Of a DNA stretch of 64,000 bases, positions 9,560 to 18,507 are shown in pieces. Position 1 is the stretch's first letter, and each line of letters starts with the position of its first letter. A program made the translations under genes and the position numbers. The stretch comes from Chitinophaga pinensis (lineage in GTDB: Bacteria > Bacteroidota > Bacteroidia > UKL13-3). The DNA lies in NCBI GenBank assembly GCA_945861965.1, contig CAMAWM010000008.1:6353-70352 (forward strand), given 5' to 3'. The notes beneath the pieces were generated by a model. It saw only the letters and a program-made list of their open reading frames with translations. It did no database searches and was not told the origin of the DNA.

Positions 9560-9761
9560 TGTACCTTGTCCTAAAATAGGTTTAAACTAAAAGTTGGAAT
9601 TCCAAGAAAAAAGTGGACGAAAATTGTTTAGCATTATAACTTTCAACAAAATTATTATCGAAAAACAAATACATTAGTTAACTCAATTCAGCACTTAAAA
9701 TGAACCGTAAAGTTATAGCAGGTTTAATCAATTAAACTGTAAACTTTTTCAGGACGATTAG
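9560..9761. mobile_element. Internally deleted IS3-family-like remnant (MITE-like)
   Basis: Left end TGTACCTTGTCCTAAAATAGGTTTAAAC (9560) and inverted right end TGTAAACTTTTTCAGGACGA (9738-9757). The left end matches the copy at 35067 at 23/28 nt. No transposase ORF. Confidence 0.55.
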
Positions 9762-9795
9762 TTTTTATTCAATTAGATATTTTTTTGCTTGCAAT

Positions 9796-9828
9796 AAAAC
9801 AAAAACGGAGACTCTTGCAGGCCTCCGT
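9796..9828 (-). terminator. Intrinsic terminator
   Basis: Minus strand ACGGAGGC-CTGCAAGA-GTCTCCGT followed by TTTTGTTTT. Confidence 0.75.
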
Positions 9829-10036
9829 ATTTTGTGAAATCAATTAAATCCCTCTTCGTTAAAAAAAGGAAGTACTTAAACATTTATGGCAACAACTACG
9901 AATAGCCGCTGTTAGAATTTAAGTCAAAGTTTAAAATGGCTGTGTTGATAAAAAATTAAATCTACAGCACATTCCTAATTGCTATAAAAAGATTTGTTCG
10001 TTTTGACTGAACGCTACTTTTTAGGTTTTTTAGGGT
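9796..10036 (-). ncRNA. Candidate structured small RNA (~240 nt)
   Basis: Four to five hairpins whose G-U pairs form only on the minus strand, including a UUCG loop; ends in a hairpin plus U-tract; promoter-like TTTG...TATTTTTA just upstream; no credible ORF. Confidence 0.5.
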
Positions 10037-10284
10037 TGTAAAAATAAGAATAGTCCTGCTTTTCAAAAAATAAATTGAGCTTAAATTTTAACGACTTGAA
10101 CCTTGTTTGCTAACAATCAGACTCAAAAAGTGCAAAACAGGTGGGAAAAGCATAGCTTTTTCACAAAATAGTTTCAAATCGAAAATCATCTGGGAATCAG
10201 CTAGATAATAAGAAAAAATGAAATTATAGATTTGTTTTATTCCTTGTTTACAGACACTTAAGTAAAAATGAAATTTTAGGTCAA

Positions 10285-11613
10285 TTAATTTAAGATTTCC
10301 TTCCAAACTTTGCTCCAACCCAACCATTCTTTATTTTCAGAAAGTGACGAATTGTGCCAAATACTGATAAAATTTCCTGAAACATTTTTCACATTTTCTT
10401 TTAATTCAATCACTTTTTTAATTGCCATTTCTGGCGAAAGTTGCATAGCATCTTTTAAAGTTACATCCATCAAACAACATGGATTTATTATAAGATTAGT
10501 TGCCTCGTTTTTTTGCAAATCGAAAAACCGAAAGGGAAAAGATGTTGACGCTCTGAATCCAATTGCATTTGAATACGCCAAACTATAATCTTCAGAAATT
10601 GTGTGTTTGACAAGTTGTTGAAACGATGTAGGAAAATCAATTTTCAAAAAATGATTTCTTGAAATGTTCAATTTCTTTTCGGTTATTTTTTCATACGTGC
10701 GTTTCTCTTCCAACCAAACTTTTTCGTTTATCGATGAATAATAAGAAGGATGCAAACCCGATTCAAAATTCTGCGAAAGCGTTTTTATTAATTCAACAAA
10801 AGCGATAGAATTTATATTTTGGTTCTTATCCAATTGCGTTTCTTTTTGACTAAGCAGAAAAAAGAAAATTGTTTTGGCTTTTGTTTTTTTCGACTCTTCA
10901 ATAACTAAATCATAGGTATCAAATGGATCTTTAGTTTTTCTGCTAATAACAGATATTTGCAATTTCAATTCTTCAAAGTCAAATCGAAAAATGTTTCCAA
11001 TTGCCTTTTTGAGATTTCTATAAAATCCAAGCCCAAGATATTTATATGGAAAATCAAGATCGAACGAATTGCAAATTTCAAATTCAGAATTTTTAATTTT
11101 TAAATTCGGGTATTCATTCAATAAAACAGTCTTCAATTCATTCGCCCAAATATCGACCAATGGCAATTCAAGAAAATTGTTTTTAAAAGCTAAACTGTTT
11201 TCGTGTTTGTATCGTCCATGTTTGTCTCTTTGGGTTGGCAAATACTCTTCATATCGGCTTATCAAGTAAAATGAAGCCGCCAAAATATCAAACGCAAGAT
11301 GTTGTTTTGGTACTTCAATGTGATTTCCTTCGTTTAGTTTTTCTTCGAAAAAAAGTTTTTGCCAAACTGCATTTTCTGAAACATAAATGTTAAATTTATT
11401 GATTTCATACTCAAACAATAAATTGCTTGCAGGAATGTTTATGCAACGATGAAAAGGCTGAGTGCTGTAATTAATTTTTGGCGATTGCGAATTTTCAAAA
11501 TACTCTTCGCTTGTTGTTATTTTATAATTTAAGCCAAATCTTTGATGCAGTATTTCGTCTAAAATATAATTTAGTCGTGGCGCGTTTTCATCAATAGCAT
11601 AAATTAAAAGCAT
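10285..11613 (-). CDS. Polysaccharide deacetylase-like protein (DUF7033-type N-terminus)
   Basis: FDILAASFYLISRYEEY, D-HGRY, SFDLD, GLHPSY, SRNHFL, GFRASTSFPF, WHNSSL. Confidence 0.8.
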   Translation of the reverse strand: MLLIYAIDENAPRLNYILDEILHQRFGLNYKITTSEEYFENSQSPKINYSTQPFHRCINIPASNLLFEYEINKFNIYVSENAVWQKLFFEEKLNEGNHIEVPKQHLAFDILAASFYLISRYEEYLPTQRDKHGRYKHENSLAFKNNFLELPLVDIWANELKTVLLNEYPNLKIKNSEFEICNSFDLDFPYKYLGLGFYRNLKKAIGNIFRFDFEELKLQISVISRKTKDPFDTYDLVIEESKKTKAKTIFFFLLSQKETQLDKNQNINSIAFVELIKTLSQNFESGLHPSYYSSINEKVWLEEKRTYEKITEKKLNISRNHFLKIDFPTSFQQLVKHTISEDYSLAYSNAIGFRASTSFPFRFFDLQKNEATNLIINPCCLMDVTLKDAMQLSPEMAIKKVIELKENVKNVSGNFISIWHNSSLSENKEWLGWSKVWKEILN

Positions 11614-11644
11614 GATACAAATAAACGAAGAAGCAACTTAAAAA

Positions 11645-12802
11645 TTATGCTTTTTCAAAACCAGCAAAATCCATCACTTTTTTTGCTTTTGATTTTACCT
11701 CTTCAAGCGTGTTTGCCGTAACGGTTATGTGGCCTAATTTACGCATGGGTTTGCTTTCTTTTTTTCCGTAAAGATGAATGTAAACGCCATCCATTTCCTC
11801 TAATTCATTTAAATATTTTAATCTGTAATGCCCTGTGAAGGTAGTGTCGCCAAGCAAATTAATCATTGCAGCAGCTTGTATCAAATTGGTATTTCCCAAT
11901 GGCAATCCGATTAAAATTCTAACCAATTGTTCAAACTGCGAAGTGTTGCAAGCTTCGATGGTATGATGACCGGAATTGTGTGGTCGTGGTGCAATTTCAT
12001 TTATTAAAATAGTATCGTCTTGTGTTAAAAATAATTCAACCGCAAACAATCCTGGACTATTTAATGCATCAACCGCTTGCAGTGAAATCTGTTTTGCTTT
12101 TTTCTCTATATCAATTGAAATATCGGCAGGCGCAAATAAAAATGTAACAAGATTTGCAACAGCATCAAATTCCATTTCTACAATTGGATAGCATAAAATA
12201 TTTCCAAACACATCTTTGGCTACAATTACCGATAACTCTTTTTTGCAGTTCACAAATTCCTCTAAAACACAAGCACCATCGAACGGAATTGCGGATGGAT
12301 TGTTAAGCACTTCGTAGCTATTTAATATGCAAACGCCTTTTCCATCGTATCCGTCTTTGCGTGTTTTGGCTACAAATTTTTCTGCGCCTAAATTTTTAAT
12401 TGCATTTGTCCATTCGGATTTATTTTCGACTAAAAAATAGTTTGAAGTAGGAATATTATTCTCCGAATAAAACGTTTTTTGAAGTCCTTTGTCTTGTATT
12501 ATTTTTAAAATCCGTGGCGAAGGAATAATTTTTTTTCCCTCTTCTTCTAATTTTAAAAGTGCTGATGTATTTACATGCTCTATTTCGTAAGTTAACACAT
12601 CGCTAATTGCTGCCAATTCGTTTATTTTTTCTTCATCAGTAAGCTTACCTAAAATAAAATTATCGGCTAATGAGTTGCAAGGACAATCCAAATCGTTTTC
12701 CAAAACATTGAATTCAACATTTAGCTTCAACGATTCTTCAATCATCATTTTGCCAAGCTGACCTCCGCCAAGTATGCCTATTTTAGTTTTGCTTGAATTC
12801 AT
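11645..12802 (-). CDS. purK: N5-carboxyaminoimidazole ribonucleotide synthase
   Basis: GILGGGQLGKM, TYEIEHV, GYDGKG, NEIAPRPHNSGH, LYGK...RKLGH. Start set at ATG 12802. Confidence 0.96.
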   Translation of the reverse strand: MNSSKTKIGILGGGQLGKMMIEESLKLNVEFNVLENDLDCPCNSLADNFILGKLTDEEKINELAAISDVLTYEIEHVNTSALLKLEEEGKKIIPSPRILKIIQDKGLQKTFYSENNIPTSNYFLVENKSEWTNAIKNLGAEKFVAKTRKDGYDGKGVCILNSYEVLNNPSAIPFDGACVLEEFVNCKKELSVIVAKDVFGNILCYPIVEMEFDAVANLVTFLFAPADISIDIEKKAKQISLQAVDALNSPGLFAVELFLTQDDTILINEIAPRPHNSGHHTIEACNTSQFEQLVRILIGLPLGNTNLIQAAAMINLLGDTTFTGHYRLKYLNELEEMDGVYIHLYGKKESKPMRKLGHITVTANTLEEVKSKAKKVMDFAGFEKA

Positions 12803-12860
12803 TTTAAAGTATGGCAAAAGTAGTTTTTTTGTTTGCTGTAAACGGCAAGAAAAATGGTTT

Positions 12861-13130
12861 TTACTTTTTTTTATTTTTTACTTTTTGATTTTCAGTAAAT
12901 CCTTCATCAAAAAACTCTACTGGAGTTATTTCAAAAGCATCAATCAATTTCATTAAACTGCTGAAACGAATATCTTCACCCTTTTCATAACGCCCATATT
13001 GAGAACGAGAAAAGCCATGGTCATAAGCAAAGTATTCGTAGCTTGAATACCCTTTTTTTATTCGTAGCTGTTTAATTCGCGTAGCTAATTTTTGAATAAA
13101 CGGATTGTCGGCTTTTGATAATTTAGACAT
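12861..13130 (-). CDS. XRE-family helix-turn-helix transcriptional regulator
   Basis: RIKQLRIKKGYSSYEYFAYDHGFSRSQYGRYEKGEDIRFSSL HTH_3 pattern. Confidence 0.88.
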   Translation of the reverse strand: MSKLSKADNPFIQKLATRIKQLRIKKGYSSYEYFAYDHGFSRSQYGRYEKGEDIRFSSLMKLIDAFEITPVEFFDEGFTENQKVKNKKK

Positions 13131-13179
13131 TTGCTAACAAACCAAACCATTTAACACCTAATTCGTTACCATTAAATAA

Positions 13180-13199
13180 AAACCACTATTTAGTTGTTT
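13180..13199. promoter_or_regulatory. Candidate palindromic operator between the XRE regulator and the divergent gene
   Basis: AAACCACTA-TT-TAGTTGTTT, an 8/9 inverted repeat in the 117-bp divergent gap. Confidence 0.4.
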
Positions 13200-13247
13200 A
13201 TTAATTTTTTAATGTTTCATTTGTACTATAATTAAAAAACTAAAGCT

Positions 13248-13748
13248 ATGAAAAAGATTTCAATTTATTTCTTAATGTCATTGTGGATGTTAATTACTCT
13301 TAATTCCTGCGGCACTTATAATTTCCATCTTGGAAGGGCTTTATATAAACCAGATAAAATTCAGCCACAGGTTAAATTAGATAAAGTTAAAAAAGTTTTT
13401 CAGTTAAATAATCCTCCCGATATAGAAAATAATAAACACTTAGAGGTGGCTTCAAATAGCGAACAAATCACAGCACAGAATTTTACAACTAGTTTACCCA
13501 AAATAAATTCAAATAAAAAAGCAATTGTAATACCAACTGATAAGCCAATAAAAGCCGCCTCTACAAATCAGATTATTACCTCGCCTCTAAAAAAACAAGT
13601 ATCATCTACAGTACAAGAAGATAAAAAAGGAAGTCCGCAAAGCGTTGGTCTTGCCTTAGCGATTGCGGGTTTAGTAGTATTACTATTTGTTTCTATTTTA
13701 TTAGGCTTAGTTCTTTTGATTGTAGGTCTTATTTTAGCTGTTATGTAA
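13248..13748 (+). CDS. Hypothetical lipoprotein with C-terminal hydrophobic hairpin
   Basis: Lipobox LNSC, low-complexity linker, about 35-aa hydrophobic C-terminus. Confidence 0.7.
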   Translation: MKKISIYFLMSLWMLITLNSCGTYNFHLGRALYKPDKIQPQVKLDKVKKVFQLNNPPDIENNKHLEVASNSEQITAQNFTTSLPKINSNKKAIVIPTDKPIKAASTNQIITSPLKKQVSSTVQEDKKGSPQSVGLALAIAGLVVLLFVSILLGLVLLIVGLILAVM

Positions 13749-13762
13749 AAACCCTTAGCAAA

Positions 13763-14896
13763 CTAAAAAGATTTTTGTGAAAGCACGTTTAGATAAAATT
13801 TTTCATAAACAGGCACAATCGTATTGATATCAAATTCAAGTGCGCGTTTTAATGCATTTGCTTTAAATTCGTTTAAACGATTTTCGTCTTCTAATAAATA
13901 AACACCTTTGGCTGCCATGCTTTCCACATCGCCAACGGCACACATAAATCCCGTTTCGCCTTCAATTATCAATTCGGGTATTCCGCCTGCATTGCTTGCA
14001 ATTACTGGCACTTCGCAAGCCATAGCTTCCAATGCAGCAAGTCCAAAACTTTCTGTTTCGCTTGGCATTAAAAACAAATCGCAAATGGATAAAATTTCTT
14101 CAACGGTATTTTGCTTTCCTAAAAAACTAACGTGATTGCAAATGTCTAATTCGCGGCTCAATAATTCGGCATTGTGCCTTTCAGGACCATCGCCAACTAA
14201 TATTAATTTGGCTGGTATTTTTTCGACTATTTTAGCAAATATTTTTAGTACATCTCCCACACGTTTTACTTTTCTAAAGTTGGATGTATGAACTATTAAT
14301 TTTTCGTTGCCAGGCGCAATTGATTTTTTAAATGGCTCTTTTGATTGTTTTTGAAAACGATTAAAGTCAATAAAATTTGGTATAACTTCAATATGTTTTT
14401 TGGTGTTAAAAAATTTGTAGGTGTCTCGTTTCAATGATTCGGAAACTGATGTTACCGCATCAGACATATTGATGGAATGAGTTACTACTGGTTCAAACGA
14501 AGTGTCTTTGCCAACCAATGTGATATCAGTTCCATGTAGCGTTGTAATTACAGGTATTTTTATTCCTTGGCTTGCCAATATTTGTTTTGCCAAAATTGCA
14601 GCCGATGCATGAGGAATGGCATAATGCACATGAAGCAAATCCAATTTTTCAAATTTCACTACATCAACAAGTCGGCTAGTTAAAGAGGTTTCGTAAGGCG
14701 GAAAATCAAACAAAGGATAGGTGCTAACATTGACCTCATGAAAGAAAATGTTTTTATCAAAAAAATCTAATCGCTCGGGTTGTTTGTATGAAATAAAATG
14801 AACAGAATGGCCACGTTGTGCCAAAGATTTACCCAATTCGGTTGCTACCACACCGCTTCCACCATAAGTTGGATAGCATACAATTCCAATTTTCAT
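13763..14896 (-). CDS. bshA: N-acetyl-alpha-D-glucosaminyl L-malate synthase (bacillithiol biosynthesis)
   Basis: MKIGIVCYPTYGGSGVVATELG, HVHYAIPHA, TTLHGTDIT, HTSNFRKVKR, ESFGLAALEAM. Confidence 0.95.
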   Translation of the reverse strand: MKIGIVCYPTYGGSGVVATELGKSLAQRGHSVHFISYKQPERLDFFDKNIFFHEVNVSTYPLFDFPPYETSLTSRLVDVVKFEKLDLLHVHYAIPHASAAILAKQILASQGIKIPVITTLHGTDITLVGKDTSFEPVVTHSINMSDAVTSVSESLKRDTYKFFNTKKHIEVIPNFIDFNRFQKQSKEPFKKSIAPGNEKLIVHTSNFRKVKRVGDVLKIFAKIVEKIPAKLILVGDGPERHNAELLSRELDICNHVSFLGKQNTVEEILSICDLFLMPSETESFGLAALEAMACEVPVIASNAGGIPELIIEGETGFMCAVGDVESMAAKGVYLLEDENRLNEFKANALKRALEFDINTIVPVYEKFYLNVLSQKSF

Positions 14897-14962
14897 TTTA
14901 AAAATAATTTACACTTGAAGGCGCAAATGTCTGCAATTTGATTTTGATAAACACTATTCGTG

Positions 14963-15919
14963 TTAAACCTTTCTCGCTAAAACTTTCAAAACCTTTTCTA
15001 CAATATTTGAAGTATCCAATCCGTATTTTATCATCAACTCATCGGGCGTTCCACTCTCGCCAAAGCTGTCGTTTACAGCTACCATTTCGCCAGGTGTTGG
15101 CAAATTGCGAGCTAATAACTGAAAAATGCTATCGCCCAATCCGCCATTCATCTGATGCTCTTCGGCCGTTACTACACAACGAGTTTTTCTAACTGAATTC
15201 AACACTGCATTATCGTCAAGCGGTTTTATGGTATGAATATTTATTATTTCGGCATGTATTCCTTTTTCAGCCAAAATATGACCGGCTTCAATTGCTTTCC
15301 AAACCAAATGCCCAGTCGCAAAAATTGAAACATCAGCACCTTCGTTTAGCACAATTGCTTTTCCAATTTCGAAGTGTTGATTTTCGGGTGTAAAATTAGG
15401 AACCGCAGGACGACCAAATCTTAAATAAACCGGACCCAAATGTTTTGAAATGGCAATGGTTGCTGCTTTGGTTTGATTGAAATCGCAGGGATTTATAACT
15501 ACCATATTTGGCAGCATTTTCATTAATCCTAAATCTTCCAAAATCTGGTGTGTTGCACCGTCTTCGCCCAATGTTATGCCTGCATGCGAAGCGCAAATTT
15601 TTACGTTTTTATTTGAATACGCTATTGATTGTCTAATTTGATCGTACACTCTTCCGGTCGAAAAATTAGCAAAAGTTCCGGTGTATGGAATGTATCCGCC
15701 AATGGTTAATCCTGCAGCAACTCCCATCATATTTGCTTCGGCAACTCCTGCTTGAAAAAACCGTGTCGGAAAATCTTTTTGGAATGCATCCATTTTTAAT
15801 GATCCCGTTAAGTCTGCACACAATCCAAGTACTTTTGGGTTGGTTTTTCCAAGTTCGTGTAAGCCAACACCAAAGCCGCTTCGTGTGTCTTTTACATTTT
15901 GTATTTCGAATGTTTTCAT
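14963..15919 (-). CDS. Transketolase, C-terminal (pyrimidine-binding) subunit
   Basis: ADLTGS, GVAEANM, GEDGATHQ, GPVYLR, TIKPLD, EEHQ. Confidence 0.93.
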   Translation of the reverse strand: MKTFEIQNVKDTRSGFGVGLHELGKTNPKVLGLCADLTGSLKMDAFQKDFPTRFFQAGVAEANMMGVAAGLTIGGYIPYTGTFANFSTGRVYDQIRQSIAYSNKNVKICASHAGITLGEDGATHQILEDLGLMKMLPNMVVINPCDFNQTKAATIAISKHLGPVYLRFGRPAVPNFTPENQHFEIGKAIVLNEGADVSIFATGHLVWKAIEAGHILAEKGIHAEIINIHTIKPLDDNAVLNSVRKTRCVVTAEEHQMNGGLGDSIFQLLARNLPTPGEMVAVNDSFGESGTPDELMIKYGLDTSNIVEKVLKVLARKV

Positions 15920-15933
15920 AGTTTTAATTTTTT

Positions 15934-16002
15934 ATGGCTGTCATGCTGAAGAACGGAGCATCTTTATTAGATTTTCACTTTGTTCAGAATGACAGCAGCC
16001 AT
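15934..16002. repeat. REP-like palindromic intergenic element
   Basis: GCTGTCATGCTGAA ... TTCAGAATGACAGC terminal inverted repeat with internal GCATCT...AGAT. Confidence 0.55.
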
Positions 16003-17421
16003 TTAGTTTAATGTAATATTTGTTGCCTGTCCGCTTGTTACTTTAAATTCTCGGACAAATGAATTGTTGCTTCTTGTCGAACCTTTTGCTCGGTAAATTA
16101 ATTTATAATCTCCTGGCTGTATCACCAAAAAATGTCTTCTGTTTTCAACTGGTAGTTTGCAAACCCAAATCATTTCACCGCGAATTATTTGATACACATC
16201 GGCATAAAATTCCTGTACTTGACAGGTTACAGTCAACTTGCCAGGTTGTGGCAATTGTATAGTTGTTAGTTTGCTTTGATCAATCGACACATTTGGATAG
16301 AGAAATCGAGGAAGCGTTAAAACCTCTAAATCGTATTTCCCTATTAAATATTTTTCTTTTGTGTTGGCAAGCTGCACGTGCAGCGTTTTGTTTTGCCCCG
16401 GTTGTTTTACGATAAATTTAAGTTCGTTGTAGTTTGTGATTCCTTCTACTTTTACCATCAATTCGCCTTGTGCTCCATCAACGCCAATTATTGTGTGTTT
16501 GCCTGGCGTTACTACAATATCTTCTTTTACTACCTGCGGAATGGTATGTACTACCATTTTATATTTGTACAAAGGATCGAGCTGAATGGTGTCAGGATTT
16601 CCGCGCTCGTTTATTGTATGCATGTAATTGTACATAAGCTGCTTTGAATCCATGTCATAAAAACTCATGTTTACATTGCTTTCAGTTGGACGGCTGTAAA
16701 TGTCCAAAAGGTTTACTTGAGCCGTTGTATTATTAAGCGCTTGTGAAACCACAATGTTCAACACGTTATTAAAACTTTCTTCGGTGTTGGCATCGTAATA
16801 TCTTCCAACGCATTCAAATGCTTTTTGAAATGCATCGGTAGTTCCCAATCCAATAATAAATGGCTTTAATATTATGCCTTGACTTTGAAGCGCTTCGCTT
16901 ACTGCACAAGGGTCTCCAGCACATTCTTCGATACCATCGGTTATTAAAATTATTACATTTCTAACGTTTGGTTCTTTTGGAAAATCGTTTGCAGATTCCT
17001 GCAACGAATGAGCAATTAATGTAGTTCCTTTCGGAGTTATTGATGCAATTCTTTTTTGTATTTCAGCGTGGTTGTCTTTTTTAAATGCAACTTCAAGTCG
17101 TGTGTCGCTGCAATCTTTTCGATTTGGTGGAGATGTATGTCCATAAACGCGCAATGCCAATTCAACACCTTTGGCATTTTCTAAACTATCAATAATTTTA
17201 GATAAAAGTTTTTTGGCCACATTGATTCGAGTGTCTTTATCCATGCGAGCATACATGCTACCCGAAGCGTCAAGTAAAAATAAAATTCTTGTTTTGTTGG
17301 TGCGATAATTTTGTTGCGCTGAACTTGAAAAAACTAAAAGTATCAGCACCAAAAAAATGCAAATACGCAGATAAACGGATATGAAAATTTGCTTGTCGAT
17401 ATTTTTAAAAAACGTAATCAA
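16003..17421 (-). CDS. Secreted von Willebrand factor A (VWA) domain protein
   Basis: Signal peptide ending SSA-Q; MIDAS residues DASGS, GTT and ITDG; beta-rich C-terminus. Start uncertain. Confidence 0.85.
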   Translation of the reverse strand: MITFFKNIDKQIFISVYLRICIFLVLILLVFSSSAQQNYRTNKTRILFLLDASGSMYARMDKDTRINVAKKLLSKIIDSLENAKGVELALRVYGHTSPPNRKDCSDTRLEVAFKKDNHAEIQKRIASITPKGTTLIAHSLQESANDFPKEPNVRNVIILITDGIEECAGDPCAVSEALQSQGIILKPFIIGLGTTDAFQKAFECVGRYYDANTEESFNNVLNIVVSQALNNTTAQVNLLDIYSRPTESNVNMSFYDMDSKQLMYNYMHTINERGNPDTIQLDPLYKYKMVVHTIPQVVKEDIVVTPGKHTIIGVDGAQGELMVKVEGITNYNELKFIVKQPGQNKTLHVQLANTKEKYLIGKYDLEVLTLPRFLYPNVSIDQSKLTTIQLPQPGKLTVTCQVQEFYADVYQIIRGEMIWVCKLPVENRRHFLVIQPGDYKLIYRAKGSTRSNNSFVREFKVTSGQATNITLN

Positions 17422-17463
17422 TAAACTAATTATTTTGTATGGTTTTATTTTTTAATAATGAAA

Positions 17464-18312
17464 TTAATAATCAAGCAAAGACGAAGGCAACTGTGACAAT
17501 GCATTTTCAAGCTCAGCATCATTTGGCGCTACACCGTGCCATTTGTGGCTTCCCATCATAAAATCAACTGGATAACCCATTTCGGTACTCATAACTATGA
17601 AAACAGGTTTTCCTTTTCCGCTTAACGATTTTGCTTCATTCATCGTTTGTAATATACTTTCAAAATCGTGGCCATTCATATTCAAAACTTCCCAACCAAA
17701 TGACAGCAATCGTGTCTTTAAATTCTCGCTGCTTATTCCCATTATATTTTTTGTTTGCCCATCAATTTGTTGCCCATTGCTATCAATAGTTACAATTAAA
17801 TTGTCAACTTTATTTTGCGCAGCAAACATAAAAGCTTCCCAATTTTGCCCTTCTTGAATTTCGCCATCACCCATTAATGCATACACTAAACTAGTGTCGT
17901 TGTTTAGTTTTTTTGATAAAGCAATTCCTATCGAAACTGAAACGCCTTGACCAAGCGAACCTGTTGCAATTCGTACTCCAGGCAAATGCTCGGCAGTTGC
18001 TGGGTGGCCTTGCAAACGCGAATTTATTTTTCTGAAAGTTTTCAATTCATCCAATTCAAAATATCCAGAACGAGCTAATGTGCTGTAAAAAACAGGCGAT
18101 ATATGTCCGTTAGACAAAATAAAAACATCTTCATTAATGCCATCCATATTGAATTTCGGATTGTGATGCATTATTTCAAAATACAAAGCCGTAAAGAAAT
18201 CGGCACATCCTATTGATCCACCAGGATGGCCACTTTTACAAGCATGTACCATGCGTAAAACATCCCTTCTAATCTGTGTTGCGGTTTCTTGTAATTGCTT
18301 TATATCGGCCAT
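17464..18312 (-). CDS. Transketolase, N-terminal (TPP-binding) subunit
   Basis: SGHPGGS, LSNGH, LQGHP, TGSLGQG, GDGEIQEG...N TPP motif. Confidence 0.94.
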   Translation of the reverse strand: MADIKQLQETATQIRRDVLRMVHACKSGHPGGSIGCADFFTALYFEIMHHNPKFNMDGINEDVFILSNGHISPVFYSTLARSGYFELDELKTFRKINSRLQGHPATAEHLPGVRIATGSLGQGVSVSIGIALSKKLNNDTSLVYALMGDGEIQEGQNWEAFMFAAQNKVDNLIVTIDSNGQQIDGQTKNIMGISSENLKTRLLSFGWEVLNMNGHDFESILQTMNEAKSLSGKGKPVFIVMSTEMGYPVDFMMGSHKWHGVAPNDAELENALSQLPSSLLDY

Positions 18313-18507
18313 TATTTTTTAGTAGATGTTTGCGAAAATAATCAACGTGTTTGATTGGCTGAAACTTTTGTTTGCACAAAGTATCAATATTTATTTTGCC
18401 CTCGTTTTTTATATTCAAAAGTGCTTTTCGTACCTTGTTCAATACATTGTCGTTGCTGTGTTATTAATTAGTAAGCAAGTACAATTACTTAAAAATTACA
18501 TTTGCGT

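Noticed and set aside
9773..9883. 36-codon minus-strand ORF (MFKYFLFLTKRDL...) in the sRNA candidate
   Set aside because: It runs through the terminator hairpin and U-tract; the RNA-structure signal explains the region better.
10088..10327. 79-aa minus-strand ORF overlapping the deacetylase end
   Set aside because: No recognisable motif, non-ATG start and composition typical of AT-rich intergenic DNA.
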